Below, one piece after another: positions 26,969 through 36,780 of a stretch of DNA of 64,000 nucleotides. Position numbers and translations under genes: made by a program. Position 1 is the first letter of the stretch. Each line of letters opens with the position of its first letter. A model generated the notes under the pieces. That model was not told the origin of the DNA. It searched no databases and saw only the letters and a list, made by a program, of their open reading frames with translations. The stretch comes from Alphaproteobacteria bacterium (GTDB lineage Bacteria; Pseudomonadota; Alphaproteobacteria; Sphingomonadales; Emcibacteraceae): the NCBI GenBank assembly GCA_030428615.1, contig JAUIDN010000018.1, positions 2,279 through 66,278 of the forward strand, in the 5' to 3' direction.

Positions 26969-27718
26969 TTAGTGCATATGAAGAGCATCGTTTAAGTAGA
27001 GACAGGTCAGCATAGCGAAAACATACGCTTGCAAACATGCCACCAACAATTCAAGTCCAGTGAGCGCCACGATGAACGCAAGCGGGAAAAGTGCTCCCGC
27101 GACACCAGCCGCGCCAATTGCACTTAGGCTTACCACGAATCCACCGAATACCTTCAGCATCGTGTGGCCCGCCACCATATTAGCGAATAGCCGGACAGAA
27201 AGGCTGATAGGACGTGAAAGATATGAAATAATTTCAATTGGCACCAAAATCAAAAGCAGATACCAAGGCGCACCGTGCGGGACAAAAAATGTAAGAAATT
27301 TAAAGCCATGGGTGATAAAGCCAATAAGTGTTACGCCAATAAAAACAAACGCCGCCATCGCAAATGTCACGGCTATATGACTTGTGAACGTAAATGGATG
27401 TAGCCACGGCAACATGCCGATCAGATTAGCGGCCAATACAAACATAAAAAGGGTAAATACGAACGGGAAATATTTTCTGCCCTCAGGACCGGCGGCATCA
27501 CCAAGCATTTTTGCGACAAACTCGTAGCACATTTCGACACTTGACTGCCAACGCCCAGGGACCAGTGCATTTTTGCGCATTCCCATTGTAACGAAAACAG
27601 TTATGACAATCACCGAAGCAACCATAGCTGCAGCAGAATTCGTAAATGAAATATCGTAACCAGCGACTTCAATTGGAACCCAAGGTTTAACCGTAAACTG
27701 ATCGAGCGGACTTGCCAA
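26969..27718 (-). CDS. atpB: F0F1 ATP synthase subunit a
   Basis: 249 aa polytopic protein. SLSVRLFANM contains the essential Arg. Confidence 0.92.
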   Translation of the reverse strand: MASPLDQFTVKPWVPIEVAGYDISFTNSAAAMVASVIVITVFVTMGMRKNALVPGRWQSSVEMCYEFVAKMLGDAAGPEGRKYFPFVFTLFMFVLAANLIGMLPWLHPFTFTSHIAVTFAMAAFVFIGVTLIGFITHGFKFLTFFVPHGAPWYLLLILVPIEIISYLSRPISLSVRLFANMVAGHTMLKVFGGFVVSLSAIGAAGVAGALFPLAFIVALTGLELLVACLQAYVFAMLTCLYLNDALHMH

Positions 27719-27729
27719 TTTATTTTCCT

Positions 27730-28068
27730 CTACTTTTCTTCATCTTTATTATCCACATCCTTCGGCGATAACTGCTTCGCGGCGCGCATAACATTCGTAA
27801 TTCCAGCCGCAGCACCCAACATGATCAAAATAATCATCAGCCACGGTTTTGTACCAAAAAGTCGGTCCAAATACCAACCAAAAAGCACCCCAACCAGTAT
27901 TCCGGCAACCAATTCAGCAACTAGTCTAGTGGCAATACCATATGCTGTCGCTTCATTTAGTCCGCGAGGTTCCTTTATTTTACTCGCCTCGCGTGCGGCA
28001 CTTACACGGGTGTTCAAATCATCCAAAGTTGCCTTCATTTCTTCCGACTTTTTTTTATCGTCAGCCAA
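27730..28068 (-). CDS. atpI: AtpI/AtpZ-like ATP synthase protein I
   Basis: Small two-TM protein immediately upstream of atpB in the F0 operon. Confidence 0.65.
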   Translation of the reverse strand: MADDKKKSEEMKATLDDLNTRVSAAREASKIKEPRGLNEATAYGIATRLVAELVAGILVGVLFGWYLDRLFGTKPWLMIILIMLGAAAGITNVMRAAKQLSPKDVDNKDEEK

Positions 28069-28273
28069 TGAAAGCTCCTTATTTTGTCAGTAAAGATAAG
28101 TTACAAACAATATCTGAACCCACACCCTTAAAATTGAGTGCAACATAGTTTCAGACGCCCCCCCTGTCAAGCATCAAAAAACACAGACTTCATACCCAAT
28201 TTTGCTTTTTTAACTAATTGAAATTAATAAGTTTTCCCAAACGTATATTTTAAATTATCCGGTTAAATAAATG

Positions 28274-31200
28274 TTACGCAGTTTGAAAATGAGAATCCCC
28301 AACGCGATCACGTATTTTTTCCGCACTCTCAAGGTCGACAGATACCAGTTGGGAGACACCACGTTCGGCCATCGTTACACCGAAAAGCCTGTTCATCCTG
28401 CTCATGCTTATCGCATTGTGGGTGACAATCAGAAAACGTGTTGACGTGTTTTTGTTCATTTCATCCAACAGACCGCAAAAGCGCTCCACGTTGGCGTCAT
28501 CAAGTGGTGCATCAACCTCATCGAGCACGCAGATCGGTGATGGGTTTGTCATAAAGACTGCAAAGATCAGCGACAAAGCGGTAAGCGCCTGCTCACCCCC
28601 ACTTAAAAGACCAAGATTTTGCATTTTCTTGCCCGGCGGACTTGCCATAATTTCAAGTCCGGCATCAAGTGGATCATCCGATTCTGTAAGCTCAAGATAG
28701 GCCTCCCCACCACCAAATAACGTCGTAAACAAATTTTTGAAATGATTATTTACTTCATCAAAAGCCTTAAGCATACGCGCGCGACCTTCACGGTTTAAGT
28801 CGGAAATTGCTTTATTAAGCCGCTTTATGGCTTCTTCAAGCTCTTCGCGCTCTTTGACCGAAACTTCAAGTTGATCATTTATTTCCGCGAGCTCACTCTC
28901 TGCTCTCAAATTCACGGCTCCAAGCCTTTCGCGCTCTATTTTAAGCCGTTCCAGCTTGTGATGGGATGTATCTTCGTCTGGTAAATCTTCGTCATCTTTG
29001 AGTTCAGTTAACGCGTAAAGCTCCGACGGTTCACAATCAAATTCCTCATGAATGCGCCTAGATAAATTTTCCTTTTGCTCACTATATTGCTCAAGGTTGG
29101 TTTCGAGTCTCACCTTTTGCTCTCTCGCTTCACTGACGCGGGTTTGAACCTCTCGCATTTCACGTTCTTTGGTTGCTAGTTCCTCTTCCGCTTCCGCAAG
29201 CTTGATAGCGGCCTCCTTACGTTCCAGCCCGGCTTCATCAATAAGTGCATTCAGCTTCCTGCGTTCAATGACAATTTCACCCGGCCTGTTTTCAAGTGCA
29301 ACAAGTTCTTTTTTTGCTTCTTCAGCGCGAATAGAAAGGTTTTCCAAATGGTCATTTACGTTTCGAATGCGCGCCTGCCAGGTGTCATATTCCGCATTAA
29401 TCTGCTCCAGACGGTTGTGTCTCATTTCGCTTTGATTATAGTGGCTATCATGCGCAATTCGTGCCTCGGAAAATTCCTGCCGCTTTACTTCAACAATATC
29501 GCGTTTTTTTGCAATTTCATTTTCAAGATCGACCGTTTCGGGGAGCTTTTCAAGATTTTCAATCGCCGCCCGATACCGAATATTCTGATCTTCAATATCC
29601 TGAAGAAGATGTTCCAACCGGTCTTTTAGAGCCGTTTCTTCTGACTGGTGGCGTGCGGCCAGTTTCTCAGCTTCGGTAAGTTCACGGCGCGCGATAATGG
29701 CGGCTTCGTCTGCCTTTCTCCACTCGTCACGAGTATTGTGACTTACCTGCTTTATATCAATCAGCTCTTTTTGTATTTTTTCATGTTTTTCAGCCGCCGA
29801 TGCCACTTCTTTTTCTTTATTCAGATAATCGTCACTCAAATTTTTCAGGCGATTTTTTTGCGCAAGCCGTATGGCCGCACCGGAAGGCGCATCAGGAGAA
29901 ACACAAAGGCCGTCCCACCGCCACACTCCACCGGACAAGGTCACCAAACGCTGACCCGCTTTAAGATCTTTGAGCAGCCGCAACGCTTCTTCTTCAGATT
30001 TCACAACACCGATTTGGCACAGACGACGCTTCAAAATCGGTGGTGCCTTCACGAATTTATCAAGTGTTTCTATACCTTCTGGAAAATCTGCCCCACCCTC
30101 AAGAGGCGGAAGCTCACGCCAATGAACCGCTGACGACTGATCATCACTGGCATCCAGGTCGCTATCAAGTGCCGCACCCAGTGCTGTTTCATATCCTTTA
30201 TTTACAGACAATTTTTCAAGTAGCGGTATGCCTTCTTCGCCAAAATCAGAACTTAGCACTTCTTCCAGCGCTTCTTTTTCCGCCTTGACGCGTGCCATTT
30301 TTCCTTCAACCGCCTGAAGCATGTTTCTCGCTTCCTGCTCCATTTGCTGGATTGATTGACGCTTATCCTCCGCTTCGTTAAAGGAAAGCCGCATTTCGGT
30401 TATGCGCTGCTCCGCGTCCTTTAGTTTCTTTTCCGCACCCGTCAAACTCTGCGTAAACAGGTTATTATCTTCCAGCGTTGACAAGCGCTCTTCAACTGTA
30501 ACTTTTTGATCTTCCAAATTCTGAATTTGCTCACGCCGTTCTTCAATTTCCCTTGTGAAATTAATTCGGTCCGCATTTCGCTCTGCCTGGCGGGTCATCA
30601 ATTCCTCAAGAACAAGTTCCGCATCCAGAGTATCAGACTGTTTTTCCTGCAGTATTTTAGCCAGTTCTTCCATATTCCCGGTAGAGTTCGAGATTTCCGC
30701 TTCGATCAGTTTCTTTTCAACTTCAAGTCGTTCGATCGTCGTCATAGAATCCTTCACGGCTTCTTTTTCGCGGATTTCATCCTGGGCAATCTGTTCCAAC
30801 TGCGCTTTTAGTTTTTCCTGTGTCTCAACAATTCGCTGTTCTTCACCATCAAGGCCATCACGGCTTACGGTAATGCGATGCAATTTCGCCGCTAGCTCCG
30901 CCTCATTCTGTCTTAAATCAGGAAGTTTCGCCGCCAATATCGCCTGTTCCTTGCTCAATGCAGCAAGTTCATTGCTTACTTTTGATACAAGAACGGAAAT
31001 TTCCCGTTCGCTGCGTGACGCTTCAGACATATTTTCCTGATTATTTTTCCATTCTATATAAAGCAGAAGCGATTGTAGTTTGCGTATTTCATGGGCAACA
31101 TTTTTGTATCGTGTGGCTTGCCGTGCCTGATTTTTCAGGCTTCTGATCTGTTCATTTAAGCCAATTTCTATATCACCGAGACGCTCCAGATTTTTATTCG

Positions 31201-31759
31201 CACTTCTAAGCTTGCTTTCGGCTTCCTTGCGGCGCGTATGAAGACCGCTTATGCCCGCCGCCTCTTCAAGAATGGCCCGTCTTTCTTTTGGCTTGGCGCT
31301 GATTAATGAACCAATGCGGCCCTGACTGACCAATGACGGTGAATGAGCCCCCGTGGAGGCATCGGCGAACATGAGTTTAATGTCTTTGCCACGGATTTCC
31401 TTGCCGTTGATACGATATGCCGAGCCGCTATCCCGCTCAATCCGGCGTGAAATTTCCAAATCCCGTTCGTCGTTGAAGGCCGCCGGCGCCGTACGCTCTT
31501 CATTATCAAGGCTTAATGTCACCTCAGCGAGGTTTCTTGCCGGGCGCGTCGATGTTCCCGCGAAAATGACATCATCCATGCCGTTACCGCGCATGCTTTT
31601 AGCGGAATTTTCCCCCATCACCCATCGGAGCGCCTCAAGAAGATTTGATTTTCCGCAACCATTAGGGCCGACAACACCCGTTAATCCAGGCTCAATAACA
31701 AGCTCTGTCGGATCAACGAATGACTTAAAGCCGGATAATCTTAGTCGCGTAAAATGCAA
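28274..31759 (-). CDS. smc: Chromosome segregation protein SMC
   Basis: 1161 aa. N-terminal FKSF....GLTGVVGPNGCGKSN Walker A, long coiled coils with a hinge, and C-terminal LSGGEQALTAL signature plus ICVLDEVDAPLD Walker B. Confidence 0.95.
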   Translation of the reverse strand: MHFTRLRLSGFKSFVDPTELVIEPGLTGVVGPNGCGKSNLLEALRWVMGENSAKSMRGNGMDDVIFAGTSTRPARNLAEVTLSLDNEERTAPAAFNDERDLEISRRIERDSGSAYRINGKEIRGKDIKLMFADASTGAHSPSLVSQGRIGSLISAKPKERRAILEEAAGISGLHTRRKEAESKLRSANKNLERLGDIEIGLNEQIRSLKNQARQATRYKNVAHEIRKLQSLLLYIEWKNNQENMSEASRSEREISVLVSKVSNELAALSKEQAILAAKLPDLRQNEAELAAKLHRITVSRDGLDGEEQRIVETQEKLKAQLEQIAQDEIREKEAVKDSMTTIERLEVEKKLIEAEISNSTGNMEELAKILQEKQSDTLDAELVLEELMTRQAERNADRINFTREIEERREQIQNLEDQKVTVEERLSTLEDNNLFTQSLTGAEKKLKDAEQRITEMRLSFNEAEDKRQSIQQMEQEARNMLQAVEGKMARVKAEKEALEEVLSSDFGEEGIPLLEKLSVNKGYETALGAALDSDLDASDDQSSAVHWRELPPLEGGADFPEGIETLDKFVKAPPILKRRLCQIGVVKSEEEALRLLKDLKAGQRLVTLSGGVWRWDGLCVSPDAPSGAAIRLAQKNRLKNLSDDYLNKEKEVASAAEKHEKIQKELIDIKQVSHNTRDEWRKADEAAIIARRELTEAEKLAARHQSEETALKDRLEHLLQDIEDQNIRYRAAIENLEKLPETVDLENEIAKKRDIVEVKRQEFSEARIAHDSHYNQSEMRHNRLEQINAEYDTWQARIRNVNDHLENLSIRAEEAKKELVALENRPGEIVIERRKLNALIDEAGLERKEAAIKLAEAEEELATKEREMREVQTRVSEAREQKVRLETNLEQYSEQKENLSRRIHEEFDCEPSELYALTELKDDEDLPDEDTSHHKLERLKIERERLGAVNLRAESELAEINDQLEVSVKEREELEEAIKRLNKAISDLNREGRARMLKAFDEVNNHFKNLFTTLFGGGEAYLELTESDDPLDAGLEIMASPPGKKMQNLGLLSGGEQALTALSLIFAVFMTNPSPICVLDEVDAPLDDANVERFCGLLDEMNKNTSTRFLIVTHNAISMSRMNRLFGVTMAERGVSQLVSVDLESAEKIRDRVGDSHFQTA

Positions 31760-31785
31760 TATGCTCCCTTCCCGTAACTGATTGC

Positions 31786-32595
31786 TTAGTTTAATGCCTG
31801 CTCAATGGCGCGCTCAATTGATCCATAGTCATTACCCGTTTTATTCCCATTAACAATAATGGTCGGCGTGGCATCCACTTTATACTTCTGAACACCTTCT
31901 TGATAAATGGAGAAAAGATATTGACCAATTTCCTCGTTAGCGATGCACGCATCAATTTTCGCTTTATTAAGCCCGACCTGACGTGCGATTTTCGATAATT
32001 CTTCCATAGTATGCGCGATAAACATTTGATTGGCGGTCTGCTGATCATGCAAGCCACTTAACCGTTGATATTCAGGTATGTCATACCATTGTGTTTGACG
32101 CTCGTACAAAGCATTCATAAACATGAAATATCTTTTTTCGGGAACACAGCGCGATATTGCCGACCCCTGAGCATCAATACCATTTAGCAGAAAGCTTCTC
32201 ATCACAATCTTCGCTTTACCGGTATCGATATAGTTTTCTTTGATTCTGGGAAGCACCTGCGTATGAAATGTTGCACAGTGGTTACAGGTTATAGACGCAT
32301 ATTCGATAATTTCAACGGGTGCATTCGGGTCACCCAGCACCATGTCGTAATTGAGAAAACCTGCGTCTGCTTGTGGCTCTGACGGCATTTCCGGCGCCGG
32401 GCTTTCGGCCTGTGCTTCGGTTTGTGCCTGTTGTTCAGCAATAACTTCTTCGGCATTGGCATCAGTAACCATCGTTGCCGGAGTATTTTCCTGATCGGCA
32501 TCATCGCCGCAACCCGTCAATATCAGCGCGAACACACCAAATACAAAAAATTTCCTGAAATTGCTTATTTTTAGCCTATATAGTTGTTTATTCAT
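31786..32595 (-). CDS. DsbA-family thiol:disulfide oxidoreductase
   Basis: Signal/lipoprotein-like N-terminus (LTGC), a CNHC (CxxC) active site and a thioredoxin-fold length. Confidence 0.8.
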   Translation of the reverse strand: MNKQLYRLKISNFRKFFVFGVFALILTGCGDDADQENTPATMVTDANAEEVIAEQQAQTEAQAESPAPEMPSEPQADAGFLNYDMVLGDPNAPVEIIEYASITCNHCATFHTQVLPRIKENYIDTGKAKIVMRSFLLNGIDAQGSAISRCVPEKRYFMFMNALYERQTQWYDIPEYQRLSGLHDQQTANQMFIAHTMEELSKIARQVGLNKAKIDACIANEEIGQYLFSIYQEGVQKYKVDATPTIIVNGNKTGNDYGSIERAIEQALN

Positions 32596-32676
32596 AAATC
32601 ACCTACAATATATTGTTGATACTATAAAAATGAATGGTCGGACAAATCAAGCTTAGATTGACATTCTTATGCTCTT

Positions 32677-33273
32677 TTAGTCCTCTTTTTTTCCCGTTCC
32701 CGCAATACTGCCTTTCCCGCGTCTCGTGAAACGCTTAGTTTGCTTTGCTTCCGGCGGTTTTTGGCGGCCCATAATTTCAGCGCCAACGGTAAATAAACTT
32801 TTCCGCAACTTATCATCTTTTACATCCTGAAGAAGTAAATCGAGTTCACTTTTTTGAGAATCGGTAAGAATCGGTGGGGAATATTTTCTGGTTTCTGCAT
32901 CCTGTTGGACAGCACCATGATGAAATATAAGTTTTTCTACCGCTTTAAATCCATAATAGGAATTGATACGGTCAATAACCAACGCTTCCAGATGCTGCAT
33001 TTCCGGCGCGAAACTGCCGTCGATGCGGATATGCAAAACACCCGCTTTATTTGACGTTGAATTTTCATGGTCCCTTGGCATTACAAGTCGTTCTGGCAGG
33101 CTGGAACGGGACAATAATTCGCCGACGATATCACGCCAGTGAAGTATGATATCACTTTTCGCAAAACCAAACCTTCGAAACGCACTGTTATTTATTCCAC
33201 CTGCAAGGTCGGCGATCGATTTTGTCTTAAAGGTTCGTTTTGAATTTACATGATTATTCATGACAGACACCAT
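32677..33273 (-). CDS. DUF721 (DciA-like) protein
   Basis: Pattern and position divergent from mutY are typical of alphaproteobacterial DUF721 proteins. Start codon uncertain. Confidence 0.55.
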   Translation of the reverse strand: MVSVMNNHVNSKRTFKTKSIADLAGGINNSAFRRFGFAKSDIILHWRDIVGELLSRSSLPERLVMPRDHENSTSNKAGVLHIRIDGSFAPEMQHLEALVIDRINSYYGFKAVEKLIFHHGAVQQDAETRKYSPPILTDSQKSELDLLLQDVKDDKLRKSLFTVGAEIMGRQKPPEAKQTKRFTRRGKGSIAGTGKKED

Positions 33274-33402
33274 AACGTGTTATTCCTGTTCAGCATATAA
33301 AAATTGATGTCAGGAATATGGCAAGGGAACCCGCGCTTTAATTCCCGACTGTATTTAACAATGCATTATTGTATAGTTTCAAATGAGAATCAGTAAAACT
33401 GG

Positions 33403-34506
33403 GTGATTATGAACAGCATTATTGAAAATACTGACAAAAGGCACGAACTCGTTGATGCACTGCTTGATTGGTATGATCTTAATGCCAGAGCATTACCGTG
33501 GCGCGTTTCTCCAGAAGCAAAAGTTGGTGGTATTTCGCCGGATCCGTATCAGGTGTGGCTTAGTGAAATCATGCTCCAGCAGACAACGGTTGCAACCGTT
33601 ATCCCCTATTTCGAAAAATTCATCTCAGAATGGCCGACCGTTGAACTTCTTGCTGCCGCAAATCTAGATGATATTTTAACCGCGTGGGCCGGGCTCGGAT
33701 ATTACGCAAGGGCAAGAAATCTACATAAATGCGCAAAATATATTACCGAGCAGCTCAGCGGAAAATTTCCTGTCTATTACGATGACTTGCTGAAACTACC
33801 GGGCGTTGGCGCCTACACCGCGGCGGCAATCAGTTCAATTGTGTATGATGTGCCGGAAGCTGTTGTCGATGGTAATGTGGAAAGGGTTATATCAAGGCTT
33901 TTCAGCATTGAAACACCATTGCCGGATTCGAGACCCGAAATAAGGGATTATGCCAAGAAATTAACGCCAGACCATAGACCAGGAGATTACGCACAGGGCG
34001 TGATGGACTTGGGTGCCACCGTCTGTACGCCAAGATCCCCGAAATGCGGACATTGTCCCTGGGAAAATGACTGCCTTGCAAATAAACAGGGCATCGCGTC
34101 CGAACTCCCGGTTCGCATAACAAAAAAAGAACGCCCGACAAGACGCGGGTATGCCTTTTGGGCCGAATATGATGGCAAAGTCTGGTTAAGGCGCAGACCG
34201 GAGAAAGGATTGCTCGGCGGTATGATGGAGGTTCCGTCTGATGAATGGGCGCCCAGCAACAGTTGGGAAAATATCCCTGCACCGCGAATTCCGATTATCG
34301 CAAACTGGGAACTTCTGCCTGGGATCGTAAAGCACACGTTCACACATTTTCATCTTGAACTTAAAATCGTCCGATTGGAACTGGAAGAAATCATTAACCT
34401 GCAGGAAGGCGAATGGTGCCCGGTGCATGACGTTGACAGTTATGCTTTACCCACAGTGATGAAAAAAATATTTAGCCACGCGCAACAACCCTTACTGGAT
34501 TTATAA
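33403..34506 (+). CDS. mutY: A/G-specific adenine DNA glycosylase
   Basis: LPWR..PDPYQVWLSEIMLQQT, HhH-GPD (LPGVGAYTA), a 4Fe-4S Cys cluster C.P..P.C..CP....C and a C-terminal NUDIX-like domain. Confidence 0.92.
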   Translation: MIMNSIIENTDKRHELVDALLDWYDLNARALPWRVSPEAKVGGISPDPYQVWLSEIMLQQTTVATVIPYFEKFISEWPTVELLAAANLDDILTAWAGLGYYARARNLHKCAKYITEQLSGKFPVYYDDLLKLPGVGAYTAAAISSIVYDVPEAVVDGNVERVISRLFSIETPLPDSRPEIRDYAKKLTPDHRPGDYAQGVMDLGATVCTPRSPKCGHCPWENDCLANKQGIASELPVRITKKERPTRRGYAFWAEYDGKVWLRRRPEKGLLGGMMEVPSDEWAPSNSWENIPAPRIPIIANWELLPGIVKHTFTHFHLELKIVRLELEEIINLQEGEWCPVHDVDSYALPTVMKKIFSHAQQPLLDL

Positions 34507-34509
34507 AAT

Positions 34510-35112
34510 ATGCTTTTGCTTCATGACAATATTGAATCAGGAAACGCCTATAAGGTGAGATTACTTCTTTCCCTTCTTGGTATCGCGTTTGAAACCAAAC
34601 AATATGACGTTGTAAACGGTGAAACCAGAACGAAAGAATATCTGGAAAACATCAACAAAAACGGTCGCATACCGGTCCTTCAATTTGAAGATGGACGATG
34701 CCTCGCCGAATCCAATGCAATACTTTACTATATGGCCAACGGAACACAGTATTTCCCGCAGGATAAATGGCAACAGGCGAAAGTCATGGAATGGATGTTC
34801 TTTGAGCAATATTCGCATGAACCTTTCGTCGCTGTCGCCAAATTTATTTTGACAATGCTGCCGGAAGACACGCCGCGGCGCGCGGAAATACCGACATTGC
34901 ATGAAAAAGGCTACGCTGCGCTTCAGATAATGGAAGACCGGCTTGAAGAAGCAGCCTTCCTCGTTGGTGACAGCCTGAGCATCGCGGATATTGCGCTTTA
35001 TGCCTACACCCATAAAGCGCATATGGGCGATTTTGATATGAACCGTTACCCGGCGATCAACAGATGGTTTAGCCGCGTTGAAAAAACTCCAAATTATATA
35101 GAGATGTTTTAA
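34510..35112 (+). CDS. Glutathione S-transferase
   Basis: 200 aa. N-terminal thioredoxin-like G-site (SGNAYKVRLLL, GRIPVL, ESNAIL) and a helical C-domain. Confidence 0.85.
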   Translation: MLLLHDNIESGNAYKVRLLLSLLGIAFETKQYDVVNGETRTKEYLENINKNGRIPVLQFEDGRCLAESNAILYYMANGTQYFPQDKWQQAKVMEWMFFEQYSHEPFVAVAKFILTMLPEDTPRRAEIPTLHEKGYAALQIMEDRLEEAAFLVGDSLSIADIALYAYTHKAHMGDFDMNRYPAINRWFSRVEKTPNYIEMF

Positions 35113-35113
35113 A

Positions 35114-35512
35114 ATGACTAAACAAATACATACCGCGAGGTGCATGTGCGGCGATATTACGCTGGAAGCACGGGGCAAGCCTGAATATGTAGAATATTGC
35201 CACTGCAAATGGTGCCAGCAGTCTGCGGGCTCCAGTTACATAATCTGGGTGATATTTAAAAAAGATAAAGTGAAAGTCACATCCGGCAATCTGAGCCACT
35301 TTAAAAAAAGCGAAGAACTTGAACGTGGCTTCTGCGCCCGTTGCGGATCAACCATGACCGTAAAATCATACCGACATTTTGATATCGCTCTGGGAGTCAT
35401 GGATCACCCTGAAAATTTTGAAATTAATCAACATATCTGGACATCGCGTGCTTTCAAACAAATCAAGCTTGATGATGATCTGCCGAAATATGAAGAAAGC
35501 GCCCCTGATTAA
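35114..35512 (+). CDS. GFA (CENP-V/glutathione-dependent formaldehyde-activating) family protein
   Basis: C.CG....EA.......CHC..CQ....S and FC..CGS Zn-binding Cys pattern. Confidence 0.8.
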   Translation: MTKQIHTARCMCGDITLEARGKPEYVEYCHCKWCQQSAGSSYIIWVIFKKDKVKVTSGNLSHFKKSEELERGFCARCGSTMTVKSYRHFDIALGVMDHPENFEINQHIWTSRAFKQIKLDDDLPKYEESAPD

Positions 35513-35523
35513 AAAATGCGTTG

Positions 35524-36780
35524 TTAGAAAAGCGCAGCAATTTTATCATAATCATCAAGTGAGCCAAGGGGGCCAATCGCTCCAAGACTTGGTTTAGCGC
35601 CACCGAGAATTCGGGATGCACACTTCGCCACTGAATCAGCATCCACCTGTTCAATCCTAGCCAATATCTCTTCGCGCGGTATATGGCGCTCAAATATCAT
35701 TTGCTGCCTGCCAAGCTGTTCCATTCTGCTGGTCGTATTTTCAAGTGACATTAATATGCCAGCCTTTATTTGCGCTTTCGCGCGGCTCACTTCTTCATCA
35801 CTTACGTCCTGAGTAAGTTTAAAAAACTCATCCGCAATCACGGGTATTAATTCACTCACCTGATCTGGCCCGGTGCCCGCATGAATGCCAAACGTACCGC
35901 CATCGACATATGATCCCATGTAAGAATATATGGAATAAACAAGGCCGCGTTTTTCACGAACCTCCTGAAACAGTCGCGATGACATGCCGCCGCCAAACAC
36001 CATGGACATGACCTGAGATGTGTAACAATCGGGATCGGAAAAAGAAAAACCGTCAAATCCAAACAGCAGATTAACCTGTTCAAGTGGGCGATGAATGCGG
36101 TTATCACCACCGGAATATATGGCTGAAATTTTGTTATAATCCCTTTTTGGCGCGAGGGCGCTGAACCGATCCTCAACCATTTGCACAAATTCATTGTGAT
36201 CAAGGTTTCCCGCCGCAGCAACGACCATATTTTCAGCTTTATAATGCGCGGACATATAATCCGCGAGGTCGGCACGACTGAAATTGTTTACAAGATCGAT
36301 TGTCCCGAGAATGGGGCGTCCCATCGGTTGATCATGATAAGCGGCCTTTTGCATCAGATCAAAAACAACATCGTCGGGCGTATCTTCAGCCTGACCGATT
36401 TCCTGAATGATAACACCGCGTTCACGTTCAAGTTCATCACTATTGAACAGGGAGTTTTGCAGAATATCGGCAAGCACATCTACCCCTAACAATAAATCCT
36501 CTTTTAATAGGCGTGCATAATAAGTGGTATGTTCTCGCGACGTGTAGGCATTCAGGTAGCCACCGACGTTTTCAACTTCTTCCGCGATGTCTAGTGCCGT
36601 TCTTTTTTTTGTGCCTTTAAATGCCATATGTTCAAGCATATGGGACAAGCCATTTTCATGTTCTTCTTCACACCGGCTACCAACATCGACCCATACGCCG
36701 ACCGTGACCGTTTCCACGTTGGGAATTTGATCACTAACAACCCGAAGCCCGTTTTTCAGGGTCGTTACTTCGACATTCAT
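35524..36780 (-). CDS. M16 family (pitrilysin-like) metallopeptidase
   Basis: GLSHMLEHMAFKGT inverted zinc motif (HxxEH). 418 aa. Confidence 0.9.
   Translation of the reverse strand: MNVEVTTLKNGLRVVSDQIPNVETVTVGVWVDVGSRCEEEHENGLSHMLEHMAFKGTKKRTALDIAEEVENVGGYLNAYTSREHTTYYARLLKEDLLLGVDVLADILQNSLFNSDELERERGVIIQEIGQAEDTPDDVVFDLMQKAAYHDQPMGRPILGTIDLVNNFSRADLADYMSAHYKAENMVVAAAGNLDHNEFVQMVEDRFSALAPKRDYNKISAIYSGGDNRIHRPLEQVNLLFGFDGFSFSDPDCYTSQVMSMVFGGGMSSRLFQEVREKRGLVYSIYSYMGSYVDGGTFGIHAGTGPDQVSELIPVIADEFFKLTQDVSDEEVSRAKAQIKAGILMSLENTTSRMEQLGRQQMIFERHIPREEILARIEQVDADSVAKCASRILGGAKPSLGAIGPLGSLDDYDKIAALF

Noticed and set aside
27749-27757. DnaA-box-like TTATCCACA
   Set aside because: It is a single copy inside the atpI coding sequence, with no cluster and no AT-rich unwinding element nearby. 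It is most likely a chance occurrence.
28404-31781. Multiple 80-160-aa plus-strand ORFs inside smc
   Set aside because: They are Ser/Phe/Ile-rich antisense frames, produced because the coiled-coil coding sequence (GAA/AAG-rich) lacks stops on the opposite strand.
34561-35208. 215-aa minus-strand ORF overlapping the GST and GFA genes
   Set aside because: The plus-strand genes carry clear GST and GFA (Zn-Cys) motifs and tight operon spacing. The antisense frame has no recognisable features.
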